64,000 nucleotides of DNA from Octopus vulgaris. Taxonomy: Eukaryota. The position numbers and the translations under genes are program-made. Every line of letters starts with the position of its first letter. The first letter of the stretch is position 1. The notes below the pieces were generated by a model, which was not told where the DNA came from, did no database searches, and was given only the letters and a program-made list of their open reading frames with translations. The stretch is taken from positions 25,172,001-25,236,000 of the forward strand of contig OX597833.1 in NCBI GenBank assembly GCA_951406725.2, read 5' to 3'. Below, in pieces: positions 12,481-27,355 of the stretch.

Positions 12481-14663
12481 GTCCTACAATAAAATGCTGA
12501 GAACCTCCAGGGTTTCTTTTATTCCTCTGTTGATTCAACATAATTTAAAATCATGTCATGTTCTGAAATTCTTGCCTATGCTATAAATAAGTTCATCATT
12601 TCCCCACCAATGCAAGAGGCGTTTGAAAACAGAATGTTTCTCTCTTCCCAGGAATGAGTGTCACTGTAGTGCCTGAAGTGATATGTGCAATAGTTATAAA
12701 ATATACAACTATAGAGATTGTGTTAGTGGTAGGTTTTTGTTAGTTGTCTTGACCTGTTCTGATCGAGAATACGGGAATGAATATGTGTTCACAGCATGAT
12801 TTTACGTAGTGTTAAAACAGTAAGGTGATATTCGTGGGAAAATTGATAGCCAATATTTGCAGACCACCGAACGCTATAAAATGCTCGTTCATTATCGACC
12901 TGTAGGTTAATTATCTATTTATGACCGAGCTATTCGGGATTCGAGGTTGTTTAATGAATTATTCAATCGTTTACTAAGAGTTATCCTAAATGTGTAATCC
13001 TCCTTTGGATCTCCCAAAATCTTCTTCATTCCTCTACATTGAATTCTGTTCTATTTATTTTCTTTCACTGGTTTCAATTGTCACTGCGTCTTTCCATGGA
13101 ACACAAGTTTCTACACTCTAAAACACTTTATTTCTATTAACTATACTTATTCTTATCGAACAATCCGTATTATATGAACTTCAGGGTATAACAAGCAAAG
13201 TGGAAGAGGATAGATTGTATCCACTCCTACACATTTCTAATTTTGCCCGCACATCGGAAAAAAAACCCTCATTCACGATTCTGAAATATCACATCATTTC
13301 AGTGTCTTTGCAAAGATAGATCTCTATCGACTAAATTATGTCTAAAATATGTATTTAACAGTATGATTTCTGAATTTGTTAAGAAGTGAATGGAATCGAT
13401 CCGGGATATAGCTGTTATGTATTTCTCTACGCAATATATCTTAGTAAAACCACCTTCACAAAATATTTCTTTAACAACTATGGTTGTTCGGCCAGCCTTA
13501 TTTGGAATATAAATTTTCTTCAGATCTAACTCAATCATCTCAAAAATAGATTATTATTCCTTCTAAAGTAGTCTTGAACGTAATATACCAGAAAGATATT
13601 AGAGGGTTACGTATTGAATGTTGGTCGAGCGACGTAAATTCCAAACACAGAGAAAGACTTTCCACATGAAAACATCCAAAATCAATCACCTAGACAAAAC
13701 AAACTCTAAAAGATCTAAAAATGGAAGTTTTTCTTCCGACATATTCACACAAATGCAACCAAACAACAGCACTTACATAAAGAATTGAACATAAATACAA
13801 GATGCATCAGAATTTAACTAACAACTGCAACAATAATAAAATCATGAAATTGTTATCTCTCTGATCCACATAAATCAAAGCACAGCATACATGAAAAATT
13901 CCCGATACAGAAATAAACTTTGTAAATATAACATATTTTTAAAATCCTACAGTCCTCTAAACCACACGTCAACCTATAACAACACAATCTTTCTATATCT
14001 TAAACCATACATGTATCGGGTTACGTTATACTAAAATCCTTACTTTATTATCCAGTCGCAATTTCTACCACTAATTCACTACTACGTTCCTTTCAACTTT
14101 TTCAGAGTTTTATGAAGTATTTGTTGATAAAATTGACGCTACGTTTTCAAGAATTCGGTAAGCTCACATCAATAAATACCCTTTGTATTACGATGCTTTT
14201 CTCGTGGAATCTTCTACAGTAATTAAACACTTGACTGAATCAGTATCATCGGATGAGAAAATTATGTAAATATTATGTGAATTTCTCTACTATTCTCAAT
14301 AATTTATTATATATTTGTTTCAATTGTTGGACTGCAGCTATCGTGGGGCCCATGTCATAAGGGATTGAGTTGAAAAGATCAACACCAGAACTTATTTTGA
14401 AATCTGCTACTTATTCTGTCGGTTTCGTTGTCGAAATGTTGAGTTGTTGTGGATGTAAAGAAAGTAATATAAGTCGTCAAGCAGTAGTGGGTAACGAACA
14501 CAAACACACCTACGCACATACACACACGCACATACACACATAAATATATATATATATATATAGAGATAAAGGTCACAAAAATGATACAGGGTACTGACTG
14601 TTGCTAAAAACAAGAGTTTTCTAGCAACTGTGTGCTTTGTATGTATGTATGTATGTATGTATG

Positions 14664-14706
<43 letters not shown>

Positions 14707-14770
14707 TTTACTTCTTTAAAATTCTTTAAACTGTTCCAGCTTCAAAATTGCGGCCATACCGGGGCATATA

Positions 14771-14884
<114 letters not shown>

Positions 14885-14980
14885 CATACATATATATATA
14901 CATACATATACATACATACATACAAAAGAATGAAAGAGTCTTCGATATTATGTAAATATAGGAATGTATCTGTAGTTATA

Positions 14981-15159
14981 ATATGTGACAGTTATTCGAT
15001 AGCCATGATAAAACTCCGAGTTTCGGATGTCGGGGCAGAAACCTGCACCGGCATCCCTTCAGTTATCGGCGCGATAACTGAAGGGATGCTGGTGCCGATT
15101 TCCGCCCCGACATCCGAAACTGGGAGTTTTATCATGGCTACCGAATAATTGTTACATAT
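14981..15159. mobile_element. near-perfect palindrome made of two head-to-head hammerhead-like units
   Basis: Arms 14981-15067 and 15073-15159; plus arm reads GATAA CTGAAG GGATG..CATCC GAAA CT GGG AG TT TTATC (minus arm has CT CGG AG). Confidence 0.75.
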
Positions 15160-15161
15160 AC

Positions 15162-15244
<83 letters not shown>

Positions 15245-15849
15245 TATGTGTATATAGAACGGGTGTCCACGCAATTTTTGTCTGCCAAATTGGTAAGCAG
15301 CAGGCTCTTGTCCTAGGTATAGTGCAGTGAAACTGAACTCAAAATTCCACATGGCTGCTTTGCTAGCTTTTTAATCATACAATCATGCCTGGGAAAATTC
15401 TCTTACACTTTTGAATAACTTTCTGAAAGAATAGAATCAATTATCTGAAGCCTGACTTTACGAATAGATTAACGCAGTCCTGGACTTTGATGATAGATAA
15501 AAAGACATAATTAAATACTGTAAGCTATTTTGTTAGATTCTCCACGGTTTCTGTCATACACAGCCTTCGTTTGGCTCGATTTTAACAGCAATAAGATTGA
15601 TAATGTTGAATGAAATGGATAAGATTTTCTATGCATGCCAGTGGTCAGTATTTGAATATATATGAATGAGTTGTAACAATGTCACAAAGCCACTGCTGTT
15701 GAAAGGAATAAGGTGCTTATATTGACCTGAACTGCTTGCATAATAATTCATTTATTGTAAATGCAAGGATGAACTCAACAGGTTTTGAAATGTAAAACTG
15801 ATGTTAATATTAATACTCCGAAGATGACGACGATGACAGCGAGCGATCT

Positions 15850-15985
15850 CAGTGCTCAGCTGTTGCCTATTTTATTGGTCCCCAAAAGGATGAATGGCAA
15901 AGTCAATCTCGACTGAATTTCAACTCAGAACATAAAGATGGACGTAATGCCACTAAGCTTTTGATCCCGAGTGCTAGCAATTCTT
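15850..15985 (-). mobile_element. SINE family B fragment
   Basis: Similar to reverse complement of gttctgagttcaaattc..gactttgcctttcatcc of the 59867 copy. Confidence 0.7.
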
Positions 15986-16974
15986 AAGAATGATGATGAT
16001 GATGATGATCATGATGATGATGATCATGATGATGATGATCATGATGATGATGATCATGATCATGATGACGATAATGATGACGATGATGACTACGACTATG
16101 ATGATGATTATTATAAATTTCGGAATAACATGTTAAAATTTGAGGGAAGGCGTTTAGTCGACTGGTTTAGTCGACTCCAGTAGAAAAAAGACTATATTGA
16201 TCTCTCCAGTATTAGCACTTAGGACCTAAAGGTTCGGAAGGAAGGTTGTGAAAGGCATTTTCGTCATAGTCAAAGACAGTTTGGCATCAATTTCTGTGCT
16301 AATTGTATTGCATAATGTTTGTTTACTCCTAACGATTTACCTGACTGTGAGGCTAAAGATAAAAATAGCGACTAGTAACTTGGAAAGATTTTAAAATTTT
16401 CACTGTATTAGAAATATTAATTAGATATTAATATATATTATTTCTAAACCTATAAATGCAGCAACTATTATAGCAACGCCTTTCCAAAAGTGTTTCTGAT
16501 TGAAAAACAAACATGCAAACAACCTTGAAATGAGACTTAACCAAGTGGAAATATATAACGAGAAAGACTTTCATTACCTGTCGCTGAATCAAAATAGCAC
16601 AAACAAGTTACATAGATATGGACCTGAGCAAAATAGTTAGTTGTAATATTAGAATTAGTTACTGCTAGACTTAACTCATGAAGTTATAACAAGTATTAGA
16701 AAGGACTTGCCAAACCTGGGAAAACGGTAATTTCTCAATACGTTCACATGTAGATAATAGCGTACAATAATTGAACTAAGGGGAGATAATACCAAAGAAG
16801 CAAATGACAAATAACTAAAGTAGAGACTGTGAAAAGAAATGTTACTGCAAATAATACAACATAACCTACACAGCTGGTGAACATAAGAGAAACACAGCAT
16901 AAAGAGTTACACTGCACAGATGAAGTTACAATAAGCACAACACAACTTGAAATCTAAAAAAGCTAGGTAATAAT

Positions 16975-17162
16975 AGTTTCAAAGTTTGGCACAAAGCCAG
17001 CAAATTAGAAGTGGGAGGGTTAATTCAGTTACATCGATACCAGTATTCAGCTGCTCACTTACTTTATCGACTCCGAAAGGATGGGAGGTGAAGTCGATCT
17101 CAGAACGTAAATATGGACGAAATACCGCTAAGCATTTTGTCCGGTGTGCTAACAATTCTGTT
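16975..17162 (-). mobile_element. SINE family B
   Basis: Reverse complement of family B (aataccgctaagcattttgtccggtgtgctaac). Confidence 0.8.
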
Positions 17163-17574
17163 TGACAAAAATAGGTAATATTATAATAGAAAAGAATCAA
17201 TTTAAATTAATAATTTCAGTGACGTAGAAAATATAATAATTAAATAAACGACTGAAAAATCAAGTTATAGAAATCGAAGGCAGAGGACAAAAGAATACAA
17301 TATACGTTAAAAGAAAGATCAAATGAGACAAGCTAACTACCGTGTGTTAGAAATAATGATTTTGAAAATAAATTCAATGAATGTAGCGATCTTTAATCAA
17401 AGAATGTACACCATACTATATGTAGTACATAAACCAGCGAGTCTCAGATTAACGGAGAATATTAGATAACAGCAAAGTGGTTCTGTTCAAAGACGAAATA
17501 TTCAAGAGGAGACAGAAACAAGGGTGTATAGCTGTGAGACCCAACAAGAGACACAAAAACCTCAATAAGTCACA

Positions 17575-17915
17575 TTAGAAAGGAAAGGACCTCCTTCGAT
17601 CATGAATCACCATGGAATTGCTCCTAGAAAGTTTCCCTCCGAGGCACAAGTCGGAAAGGTTGCTAATGGAAGACAAGCTGTCGTCTATGCATACCAGTAT
17701 CCTCTCTCTTCGCCACTGATATCGTCTAAGTGTAAGGCAAAGTTCTATATAGCTTGGCACCAGTGACGCCGCATTTCATTTCTACAGCTGAGTGACCTGA
17801 AGCAACGTGAAATAAAGTGTCTTGCTCAAGAACACAACATACAACCTGGTCCAGGAATCAAACTCACTACCTCATGAATGTGAGGTCGTCGCTTTAACCA
17901 CTGAGCCATGCACAT
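17575..17915 (-). mobile_element. tRNA-derived SINE family E
   Basis: Minus head catggctcagtggttaaagcg..gagtttgattcctgg followed by gtgttcttgagcaagacactttatttcacgttgct. Confidence 0.75.
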
Positions 17916-18189
17916 TCACAGTAGAAGTCACACTTGATGTAAGAGAAAGAAAGAATAAATGACAAAAGCAATCTAATTTATTTAGACTACTTAAAATTCA
18001 AGATGAACATAATCTGATCAGATTTATTAATTCCACAGCAGATAAAACGGAAAGTACACAAAAATAAATAAATAAAACAATTCAAGAACGATGTTTTAGG
18101 AGGACAAAAATGCAGCAGATTATAAAGTAGATTAAATAAAAAAAGAAGAAATGATGATACAAGCATTCAAATTGTAAAGAATAATCATT

Positions 18190-18398
18190 TATCTTTTACT
18201 TGCTTTAGCCATTGGACAGTGGCCATACTGGGGCACCGCCTTGAACGGATTTAGTCGAAAAATCGACCCCAGTATTTATGTTTTTGCCGTTTTTAAAGTC
18301 TCATATTTATTCCGCCGGTCTTTAAGCCGAAAAGCTAAGTTACGAGTGACATAAGCAAAGCAATAGTAGTGTGACAAATACATATACACATATATACA

Positions 18399-18436
<38 letters not shown>

Positions 18437-18650
18437 CACCCATGCTCACACATACACGGGCTCGTACACATACATATCTGCATACGACAAGCTTCCACAC
18501 AGCTTTCCTTTACAAAATTCACTTACATGGCATTTGTCGGCCCTGGGCTATAGTTAAAGACACCTGCCTTAATATCTGCGCAGTGTGACTGAACGAAATC
18601 CGAATGTGTTTAGAACGAGTTTATTAATCACATAGCCATGCTTGCAGCTA
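18190..18650 (-). mobile_element. SINE family A (diverged)
   Basis: Reverse complement of family A with internal (CA)n. Confidence 0.8.
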
Positions 18651-19123
18651 TAAATGGCAGATTAACGTACGGTGCCACAAGTAGAAATAGTCTGGTGTAA
18701 AATACAGGAATTAGAAAAGCATTATTAAGCGAATGAAAAAAAAAACGAAAATAAAAAAGCACTAAATCATGTGGTACTATAGCAATGGGTTTACGTCACA
18801 ACGGAAAAGATTTTAAAATCATGAAAGAAAAAGGAAATTAGAAATCACCAAGAATTAATAAACTCCAAAATTCTTAGATAAATCACTTTTATTACAATAT
18901 CACAGTGTGCCACTATCCACCTCAAATGCATAGAAGAGCGATCCTACCGAACATCACAGACAGGTAACTTTAAATAATGCAGAAAAACAGTTTTACTCTT
19001 CTAATTCGAAAACAGCTACATATCAACACAACATAACCAAATAAGGGAAGAGCTTCGTAGAAATAACACCTTGCCTTATGAATTGAAAGATGGTAAAACA
19101 GAAACTCATATGGTTGACTATAC

Positions 19124-19208
<85 letters not shown>

Positions 19209-19291
19209 CTGATTATGCAAAAGAGCATTAGAAATCTACAATAAGTAACAAATTTAGTCTCCGGGTGCATTCTTGGATTTATGGAATGGAG

Positions 19292-19393
<102 letters not shown>

Positions 19394-19414
19394 ACATTCA
19401 TTTGGCAGTGTGCC

Positions 19415-19935
19415 ACCGAGTAACAACGCTGAATTTACTTCGAAAGTTGTGAAATTTGAGTTTTTGTCACCACATGTATGTTGTAGTCTGCGCTTTTGTC
19501 ATGGATAGTAAATTGGAACAAAGAGTAAACGACAAATTCTGTGTTAAACACGAGAAGTCTGCTACAAAGACATTGAGTATGCTTCGGCAAGCTAACTGTG
19601 ATGAGACGTGGCAATGTGTAGTACGTAATGTTTTGACTGGCACAGGCGTTTTAAAAGCCGAAGAACCTCCCTGGAAGACCATGAGTGATCTGGAAGACCT
19701 GCCACGGGCGCCACCCCCCGAAATGTGGAGAAAATTCATCAGCTTGTGTATGAGGATCGTCGGAGGACAATCAGCGACATTGCTGATGTCGGTCTGTCGT
19801 ATGGGTCCGTGTAGGCAATACAAATGTCTGACTTGAACACGCAGCCAGTCTCTAGCAGGTTTGCCCTCCCACCTGCAGACAACTGAGCAGTAAGAACGTC
19901 GAAATATGTCAAGATCTTCTTCAACGTCCCACTGA
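19415..19935 (+). pseudogene. mariner transposase N-terminal fragment
   Basis: EQRVNDKFCVKHEKSATKT..DWHRRFK..SGRP..VYEDRRRTISDIA (mariner HTH region), with frameshifts. Confidence 0.85.
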
Positions 19936-20083
19936 TGATTAATTTTCCATACGTTGAATGTCGTGAGTGGCAGTCACAAACAATTGTCATGAAAACCGAA
20001 ATGCCTGTGCATCTCGTGGAGGTTATAAGTATAAAAATCAACTTGAACTGCATCCTAGAATTTGTAATTTGGATGCATCAGGT

Positions 20084-21264
20084 ATGACTCGATTGTCAGC
20101 AGAGAGAACAAGCTACCAGCCGATTGCAAGCAGAGCAGTGTGCCTTGGTTGTTGCGAAAGCTTACAACGTCCATGTCAGTACCATCTATCGTCTGCAAAA
20201 GCGATACAAAACCCACGTTACTGCAGACAATGCCCGCAGAAGGATCTCCCAGGTGACCGCGCCCAGGCACGACTGCTTCATCCAGCTGCAACACCTCCAT
20301 GATCGCTTCAAACTGGCCAGCGTGACAGCTCGCGAGATCATTGGCATTGGACAGCGATCCATCAGCAACGACACGATACGGCGTCGACTGACCGCCAACA
20401 ATCTGCGTTGCCATTTTCCTGCTCAAGGGCCTGTACTCACCACCCGCCACCCTCATGCACGACTACAGTGGGCTACACAGTACCAACATTGGGGGCATTA
20501 ACAATAGAGGTCAACAGTCTTCTCTGATGAGAGCCAGTACTGCGTCTGCACGTCGAGTGACAGAGTCAGGGTGTGGCGTAGGAGAGGTGAAAGCTATAGA
20601 GACGCATGTGTCATGGAGAGAGACGCGTGGGGTGGCCAAAGCATCATGGTTTGGGGTGCTGTAGGCCTGAATCAGAGAATTGGGCTCCAATGCTGGTGAA
20701 GACAGAGGGAATGGCATCACAGCACAGCGCTACGTTGAACAGATTCTAAGACCTCACATCGTGTCCCTCTCGTCACCATAGCTACGTGTTCTAGTAGGAC
20801 AATGCTCCTTCGCACGCGTCAAGGGTCGTCATGGACTTCCTGAATCAGTACAAAGTCAGAACCAATCTGTGGCCGGCTAGCAGCCCGAATTTGAACCCAG
20901 TTGAACACTTGTGGGATGAAATCCAGAGATGGTGGTCCCAAGGCCGAACACTCGTGTGGATCTGGAAGTAGCTTTCCTCAGGGTTTGGGCACAGGTGCCA
21001 ATGACTTTTGCGAACCGCCTCATGCACTGCATGTACCGACAGTGTATGGCCGTTTTGAACACCCAGGGAGGGTGTACACGGTATTGAACATGTCAAGCCC
21101 TATAATCTCGATGTGCTGGACCCGCCCACTACCAGAACATAGACTGTGGTCAAAGTGCATCTAAGTAATTGATTTTATCAAATCTATCAAAATTTATCTC
21201 TGACATGATGAAATTAAAACATTTCGCAGTCATACACATCTCGTGTTTCTATTCCAGTTCAGTG
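20084..21264 (+). pseudogene. Tc1-like (DD34E) transposase pseudogene with 3' terminus
   Basis: HTH (VAKAYNVHVSTIYRL), VFSDES, IMVWGA, DNAPSH, WPASSPNLNPVEHLWD; ends ..ttcagtg|TA; several stops and frameshifts. Confidence 0.92.
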
Positions 21265-22227
21265 TATGTTTTTACTGCAACAATTTCACATTGCTCTATA
21301 TGCAGTTATGCACATAGTCGCTGCAATTTCATCAAGGGTCCATCACTTGCGAGTCTTCAAAGCGAAGTAATTCAAACATGCTTCATGTGTTGGTATTCAG
21401 TTGAAGATGGTAGCGTTACTTTTTTAATGGAATTGAGTTCTGGTCTTATAATCTCCTCTAGTGGTATTACAGTTGAATTGTGGTTTTAAAATATTTATTT
21501 ACATTGCATTTAATTGTAGAACTTTTGTTTACAATTTGCATTTAACTCATTTTGAGTTTATAGCATCAATTGATATTATTGTTATTACAATTATAATTTT
21601 ATTTATTTGTATTACGATCATTTATCCTTATTATTGCCTGCCTATTCTATAACGTTTTGCCTTACAAATTATTTCTTTACTAATTATTTTAGTGCCCAAT
21701 TTAGTTTACTAAGGCTGGTAGTATTCATTTTGTTCTTATTCCTAAACGAAAGTAAATGATTAGCAATTCTCTGCTTAATCTAACATGAGCTGGCTTCTGT
21801 ATATAAATACTCGCTATTCTCTGAGGTAATCTTACATCTGTATAGGATACTTTTATGCCTTCAATTAGAGTTAAGTGGACAGACCCTGTTCCTTGCACAA
21901 CCGCAATTAATAGCTCTACTCCTTCCGTTAATAGTATCCGTTTCATCTACTTTACATGTGATTTCTATATTCTCTTGTCTATCTACTAAGCTAGTAGTCT
22001 TTTGCACATAGTCAGTATTCTGAGTACTGTGGTCCTTAGGATTCACATCGACTTCTAGGCTAATGGGAGAGTTCACTGGAGTCTCTTCTATTTTATTGGC
22101 TGTCAAACTATAGTTCCTTTATAAGTATGTATTTATTTGTTAACTATTTCATCCCAGCAATTACAGACTCAACATCATAAATTGGAGGTAAAGTGAATTA
22201 AAGACCGAAGAAAAAGTTAGAAAACTC

Positions 22228-22665
22228 TTTGTTTCAAATTTTGAAGCAAGGCCAGCAATTTCTAGGGAGGGAATAAGTCGATTACATCAACTCCTCCAAT
22301 GCTAACCAGGTACTTATTTTATCAACCCTGATGGGATGAAAGACAAAGTCGAACTCGGAGAAATTTGTGCTTGTAACGTAAAGACATGCGAAATGCCGCT
22401 AAGCATTTTGTCCGCTATGCTGCCGAATCTGTCAGCTCATCACCATTAATATAAGAAAATATTGTTTTCAAATTTTTGCACAACACCAGCAGTTTTAATG
22501 GAGGGGCTAGTCAATTGGATCATCCTCCAGTGCTCAACTATTAATTATTTCTTCAACCCTGAAAGAACGATTCCGACCTCGGAATCGTTTGACCTCAGAA
22601 CGTAAAGACGGACGAAATGCCGCTAAGCATGTTGTATATTATGCTAACGATTTTGCCAGTCCACC
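22228..22665 (-). mobile_element. two tandem SINE family B copies
   Basis: Two similar units at 22228-22445 and 22463-22665. Confidence 0.8.
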
Positions 22666-22992
22666 CCAGTAAACTTAGAAAAATATTAATAGCTGACATA
22701 GCCAGGTTGGACACAAGGTTATGCAAAAGTGTGCCATGAAAACAGAAGTAAGCAAGGAGAAACTAAGCATTATTATAAAAAATGGGAAACAAGCAAACAA
22801 AAATTAATTATGAATGAACACATGAACGAAATCGTAAAAATAAAGCGTTTTGAACGATTATAAAAACATACATGGGAACATAAAATACCCAAAGTAAGTA
22901 CTGAAGATTCCTCATTCTCCACAATATATGCATGATTTTATAATTCCGTCTATAGCTCGCAAAATACATTTTGTGCGCAGTTCATACGATAC

Positions 22993-23052
22993 ATATCAAC
23001 ACAGTGGCAGCAATTAGATATGAGTTGAATGTAGCGTAAAAATACCAGGATT
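22993..23052 (-). CDS. candidate internal exon (xILVFLRYIQLISNCCHCVDx)
   Basis: Acceptor atgttattctatAG, donor GTATCG, 60 nt, phase 2-2, joins neighbouring candidate exons in frame. Confidence 0.4.
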
Positions 23053-23884
23053 CTATAGAATAACATGTAAGAAATATAATCTCTGACATTCAACAACTGC
23101 ACACAACTAAAAATGAAGTAGTGGAGGACTACAGGATTATAGACAGCAGAGTTCATAATCATTATAGCTCTCTGTCGAAAGGATAGGGGATTTTGAGTGG
23201 GGATCTTGGCCTTCCTACTAATTTTAATCCGTAGATTTACTTTATCTAATGCTTTTCTAGAAAGAATAGCTAGTTGTGTGCGTGCACACACACACACACA
23301 CACACACACAACCATACATACGCTCACACACGCGCATACAATGTGACTATAATCCTTTTAGCATGCATTTATATGGTCAATAATTCTGGTAGTGATATAC
23401 CCATATTTCCTAAAAGTCTAATCTACACTTGTACGCACATAAATACAAAAGTACACACACGCACACGCAAACACGCGCGCACATATATGTATATTTATAT
23501 AGATTAGTTTAGCTGGTCCAAAACATAGTTTATTTGGGAGATAGATAAATAGCAGCTTTCTTTATTGAAATACAGATGTGACTAATTTGGAGAAACATTA
23601 CTTTCATTATTCACACATCATCACTCTCGTAATGAAACACTTTGTAATTTTGGTTCAAATTGAAAGTGTGAAACTATTTTCATTTTCTAATGAAACCTGG
23701 TCGTTGTTGAGAATGGTATTTCAAATGACTATAGCTGGTTGTTGAGATAACGTAGAAAATATGTAAATGAAAATAAAGTTTATTTGACATGTGTAATTGA
23801 TTTGATTGTCTGGTCTTAACATCAGATGGTATGAACAGAAGCCATTTGACAACTTCTTGTTTTGGTACACTGTTCCAGGTTCAA

Positions 23885-24048
23885 TCCGTGGAATATTGAA
23901 ATGATACCCATATTCTCCATTCTACGAAATAGGAGTATACCGGGGAACATGATAAGAGGGGATGAGTCTGTGAAACAAATTTATTATTTGCATGGGGATC
24001 CCCAACAATAAGGATGGCAACTTCATTAGATGTGGGCTCATTAAAACA
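23885..24048 (-). pseudogene. Helitron Rep/helicase N-terminal fragment
   Basis: FNEPTSNEVAILIVGD..VSQTHP(SY)..NGEYGYHFNIP matches the Helitron motif pattern FNxPTxxEVAxxxVG..THxSYDxLQYPL..GExGY. Confidence 0.75.
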
Positions 24049-25242
24049 TACACACGCACACACACATACACGTACACACAATCATCGAATTGATAATATT
24101 GAAAATAGCAAAATGCACACATATGAAGTTCAAGCGAAACGATATGTACTCAATATATGTGCAAAACATACTTGCAGCGGCATAGTTATGCTATTAAAAA
24201 ACCCCACCAATTTAGCAAGTTTCTAAATGTAGTCAGTATAGTTGCAAAACATATTTTCAGTAGCATAGCTACGCTATAAAAGAATGGCAAGTCACCAATC
24301 TAGCAAAAGTTAGTATGCGTCACCAATGTAAGAAAGTACAGAAAGTCAACATTTATTTGGAACATGTACTAAATGTTATAAAATTCACGATTGAATGAAT
24401 GTCACGGTGGAGGAAGTGAAAGTCCAAGAAAATTCAAGAGGCATAATTCAATTTTTCATGCAAAAATAATTTACTTTACAATTTTGAAACGAACACTGAA
24501 CCAAGTATATAGAAAGGAAGATGCTGTTGTTGTGAACGTGAATTTAAAATATTTGCTGAAGGATGTATATAGCAAAATATAAGTTAATTTGACACTACTA
24601 TATAATTTTTAACTGTGTAACGTTATAGGCTGTAGAATAAATAACGCAGTAAAAAGGTTCTGCAATGTTGATACTCACAGTGACGAAGAAGCTTGGGAGG
24701 ACTGTTAAAAATTATGTTAAAACTGGTTAGAAGGAGTGTAATAACATTTATGAAATCATATTGAAAGAGTCGTTGAGGTTTTCTACTTCGCCAAGTTTCC
24801 GAATTTGTTATAAGAAGCTGAATAAAATTGGTTTTCAGATATATTTACGAGTATTGTGAGTGGTGTTAAATCAGCCACATATTCATTTTGGTAATACTTA
24901 AAAGTAAACGTTGTTGTTCGTTTAAAGTCCAGGCCGCAACTAAATTTTCAATATCAGAGTGTTTCACTGTTGGGCGTGAGAAAGTTACATACATAAACTA
25001 AGACACACACACACATACATTAACGCACATTTTACGCCTATCTGTCTGTGTGTGTATCAGTCGTCACAAAAATGTATATATACTGACAGACAAATACACC
25101 GTAATACATATATTTCTCAGTCACCGGCCAAACGTAGGTAACCCACGGACGAACACACTCATATAGAAAATGTGACGTCATCGTCGTTAGGGTGGTGATA
25201 TAAAATATCATTTATGATAGGTGACTAAAAAAAAATAACAAT

Positions 25243-25335
25243 CACCTTAGCAAGTGTCTTCTACTATAGTCTCGGACCGACCAAAACCTTCTGAGTGGAT
25301 TTGGTAGACGGAAACTGAAAGAAGCTCGTCGTATC

Positions 25336-25409
<74 letters not shown>

Positions 25410-25625
25410 CGTGTGTTTGTGCGTCTGTGTTTGTCCCCCCAACATCGCTTGCCAACCGATGCTAGTGTGTTTACGTCCCCATGTCTTACCGGTTCGGCGA
25501 AAGAGACCGATAGAATAAGTACTAGGCTTACAAAGAATAGGTCCTGAGGTCGATTTGCTCGACTAAAGGCGGTGCTCCAGCATGGCCGGTGTCAAATGAC
25601 TGAAACAAGTAAAAGAGCAAAAAGT
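25243..25625 (+). mobile_element. SINE family A (5' truncated)
   Basis: Family A consensus. Confidence 0.9.
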
Positions 25626-25970
25626 ATAACGAGGATTCTCGGAAGTTTGAAGACACTGCGCTGCGGAAATAGTCGAGGGGAAAGTTCTCCCGCGATCTAT
25701 TTGAAAACAAATATTGGGATGTGGCACGTGCGCTTCTGCGCTATTTTGATTCATTCGTACTATCATGATATGAATGGAAAAGTAAGCGCTCGTCACAAAA
25801 GAATACAAAACGCATGTATCATTCGACCCAATGACGACAAGTGTACTTTTACACATCTTTAAATTTTATCCCGGCATTACTTCGGTAGCGGAAAGTCTTC
25901 TCACATCAGAATGCACTCGAACATTTTAAATATGACTTTACACAACACATTCGCGAGGGCACACACACGA

Positions 25971-26006
<36 letters not shown>

Positions 26007-26099
26007 TCACTCTCGCTTCTCTCTTTCTCTCTCTCTCTCTCTCTCTTTCCTTCTCTCTCTCTCATCACACACATATATGCCTATATATATATCTTTTAT

Positions 26100-26470
26100 C
26101 GTTTATATTTATTTGTGTCAGTTATTTGACTGCGGTTATGCTGTGGCACCGCTTTGAAGGGCTTTAGTAGAACAAAGTGATGGCAGGACTTTTAAAAGTT
26201 TAGTACTTATTCTATTGTTCTTTTCTCTCGAACCGCTAACTTACAGACACCTAAACACACCAACACCAGTTGTCAAGCGGTGGGCAACATATATATATAC
26301 ATAGATGTATATATATATATCCGACGAGCTTCTTACAGTTTCCGTCTACCAAATCCAATCACAAGACTTTGGTCGGTTCGAGGCTATTGTAGAAGACACT
26401 TGCCAGAGGTGACACGCAGTGAGACTGAAACTGCAACTATGTGGCTGAAAAGGAAGCTTTTTACCACAAA
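26100..26470 (-). mobile_element. SINE family A
   Basis: Reverse complement of family A. Confidence 0.85.
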
Positions 26471-27291
26471 TAAAGTATATATGGTCTTGATGAACAAATT
26501 CAGCTTGAAGCCAGAGCTGTTATTATTATTAGAAAGAATATTATGACTCCTGTATTATAACTGTTCCCAATTGGGTATATTGTATTAGAGAAACACAGAC
26601 AAACTTACTAAGAGATTCAGTAGCGAAGCAAAACTGATGTAAATGCGTCTGACTACAGCGGTGAGGAGAACAAAAATCTCTTCTGTACTGCTATAAAGAT
26701 CCACTTATCTCATAAAATGACAATATGAAAATACTGAGTCTCTTTAGCTTACAGTCCAGAAAACAAATACGTAATAAGCCCTATATCGTTTTCCATGATG
26801 TAATTGACGATCGTGTAGAAATTTTCGCTCTAGCAGTATTAAAATAAATATACCGTTGGACAAAAACGAACTGCAAACGTAAGGAATTAAGGAATTACAC
26901 CAGTGTAATTGTTGAAATAAACACATTATGATAGAAGCAGCATATTTTCTATCATTGCATTTGTCATTTGGACAAATGGAATAATACAAAATGGCTTCTA
27001 TAAAAAAGATTGACAGATTAGCGAGAAACACACACATAATCTCGTTGCGTAAAGTATCTATAATAGAACAAATACATATTGTATATACATAAACTCATAA
27101 TGTATTTATTATTTATTTCTTTACTTTGAAGATTTTTTTATCTTCAACGTTTTTCAAGCATGTTCTGCAAAATATACTTATAGCTTCTTTTACGTAATCA
27201 AATTCTTAGAGTACTTCTCAAACTACTACTCCTGCTGCTGCTGGTGTTGCTGCTGTTGCTGCTACTACTACTACTACTACTACTACTACTG

Positions 27292-27355
<64 letters not shown>

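Larger units (their letters stand above)
16400..19050 (+). mobile_element. possible ancient, highly decayed LINE body interrupted by SINEs
   Basis: A-rich strand bias, faint RT-like remnants (LIYLDYLKF near 17970, cf. LLYMDDLKL); no intact ORF. Confidence 0.3.

Noticed and set aside
14981-15159. Tc1/mariner-type MITE
   Set aside because: No clear TSD, and each arm folds into a hammerhead topology; MITE origin is not fully excluded
21725-22106. Two overlapping minus-strand ORFs
   Set aside because: No recognisable motif or splice signals; probably decayed repeat
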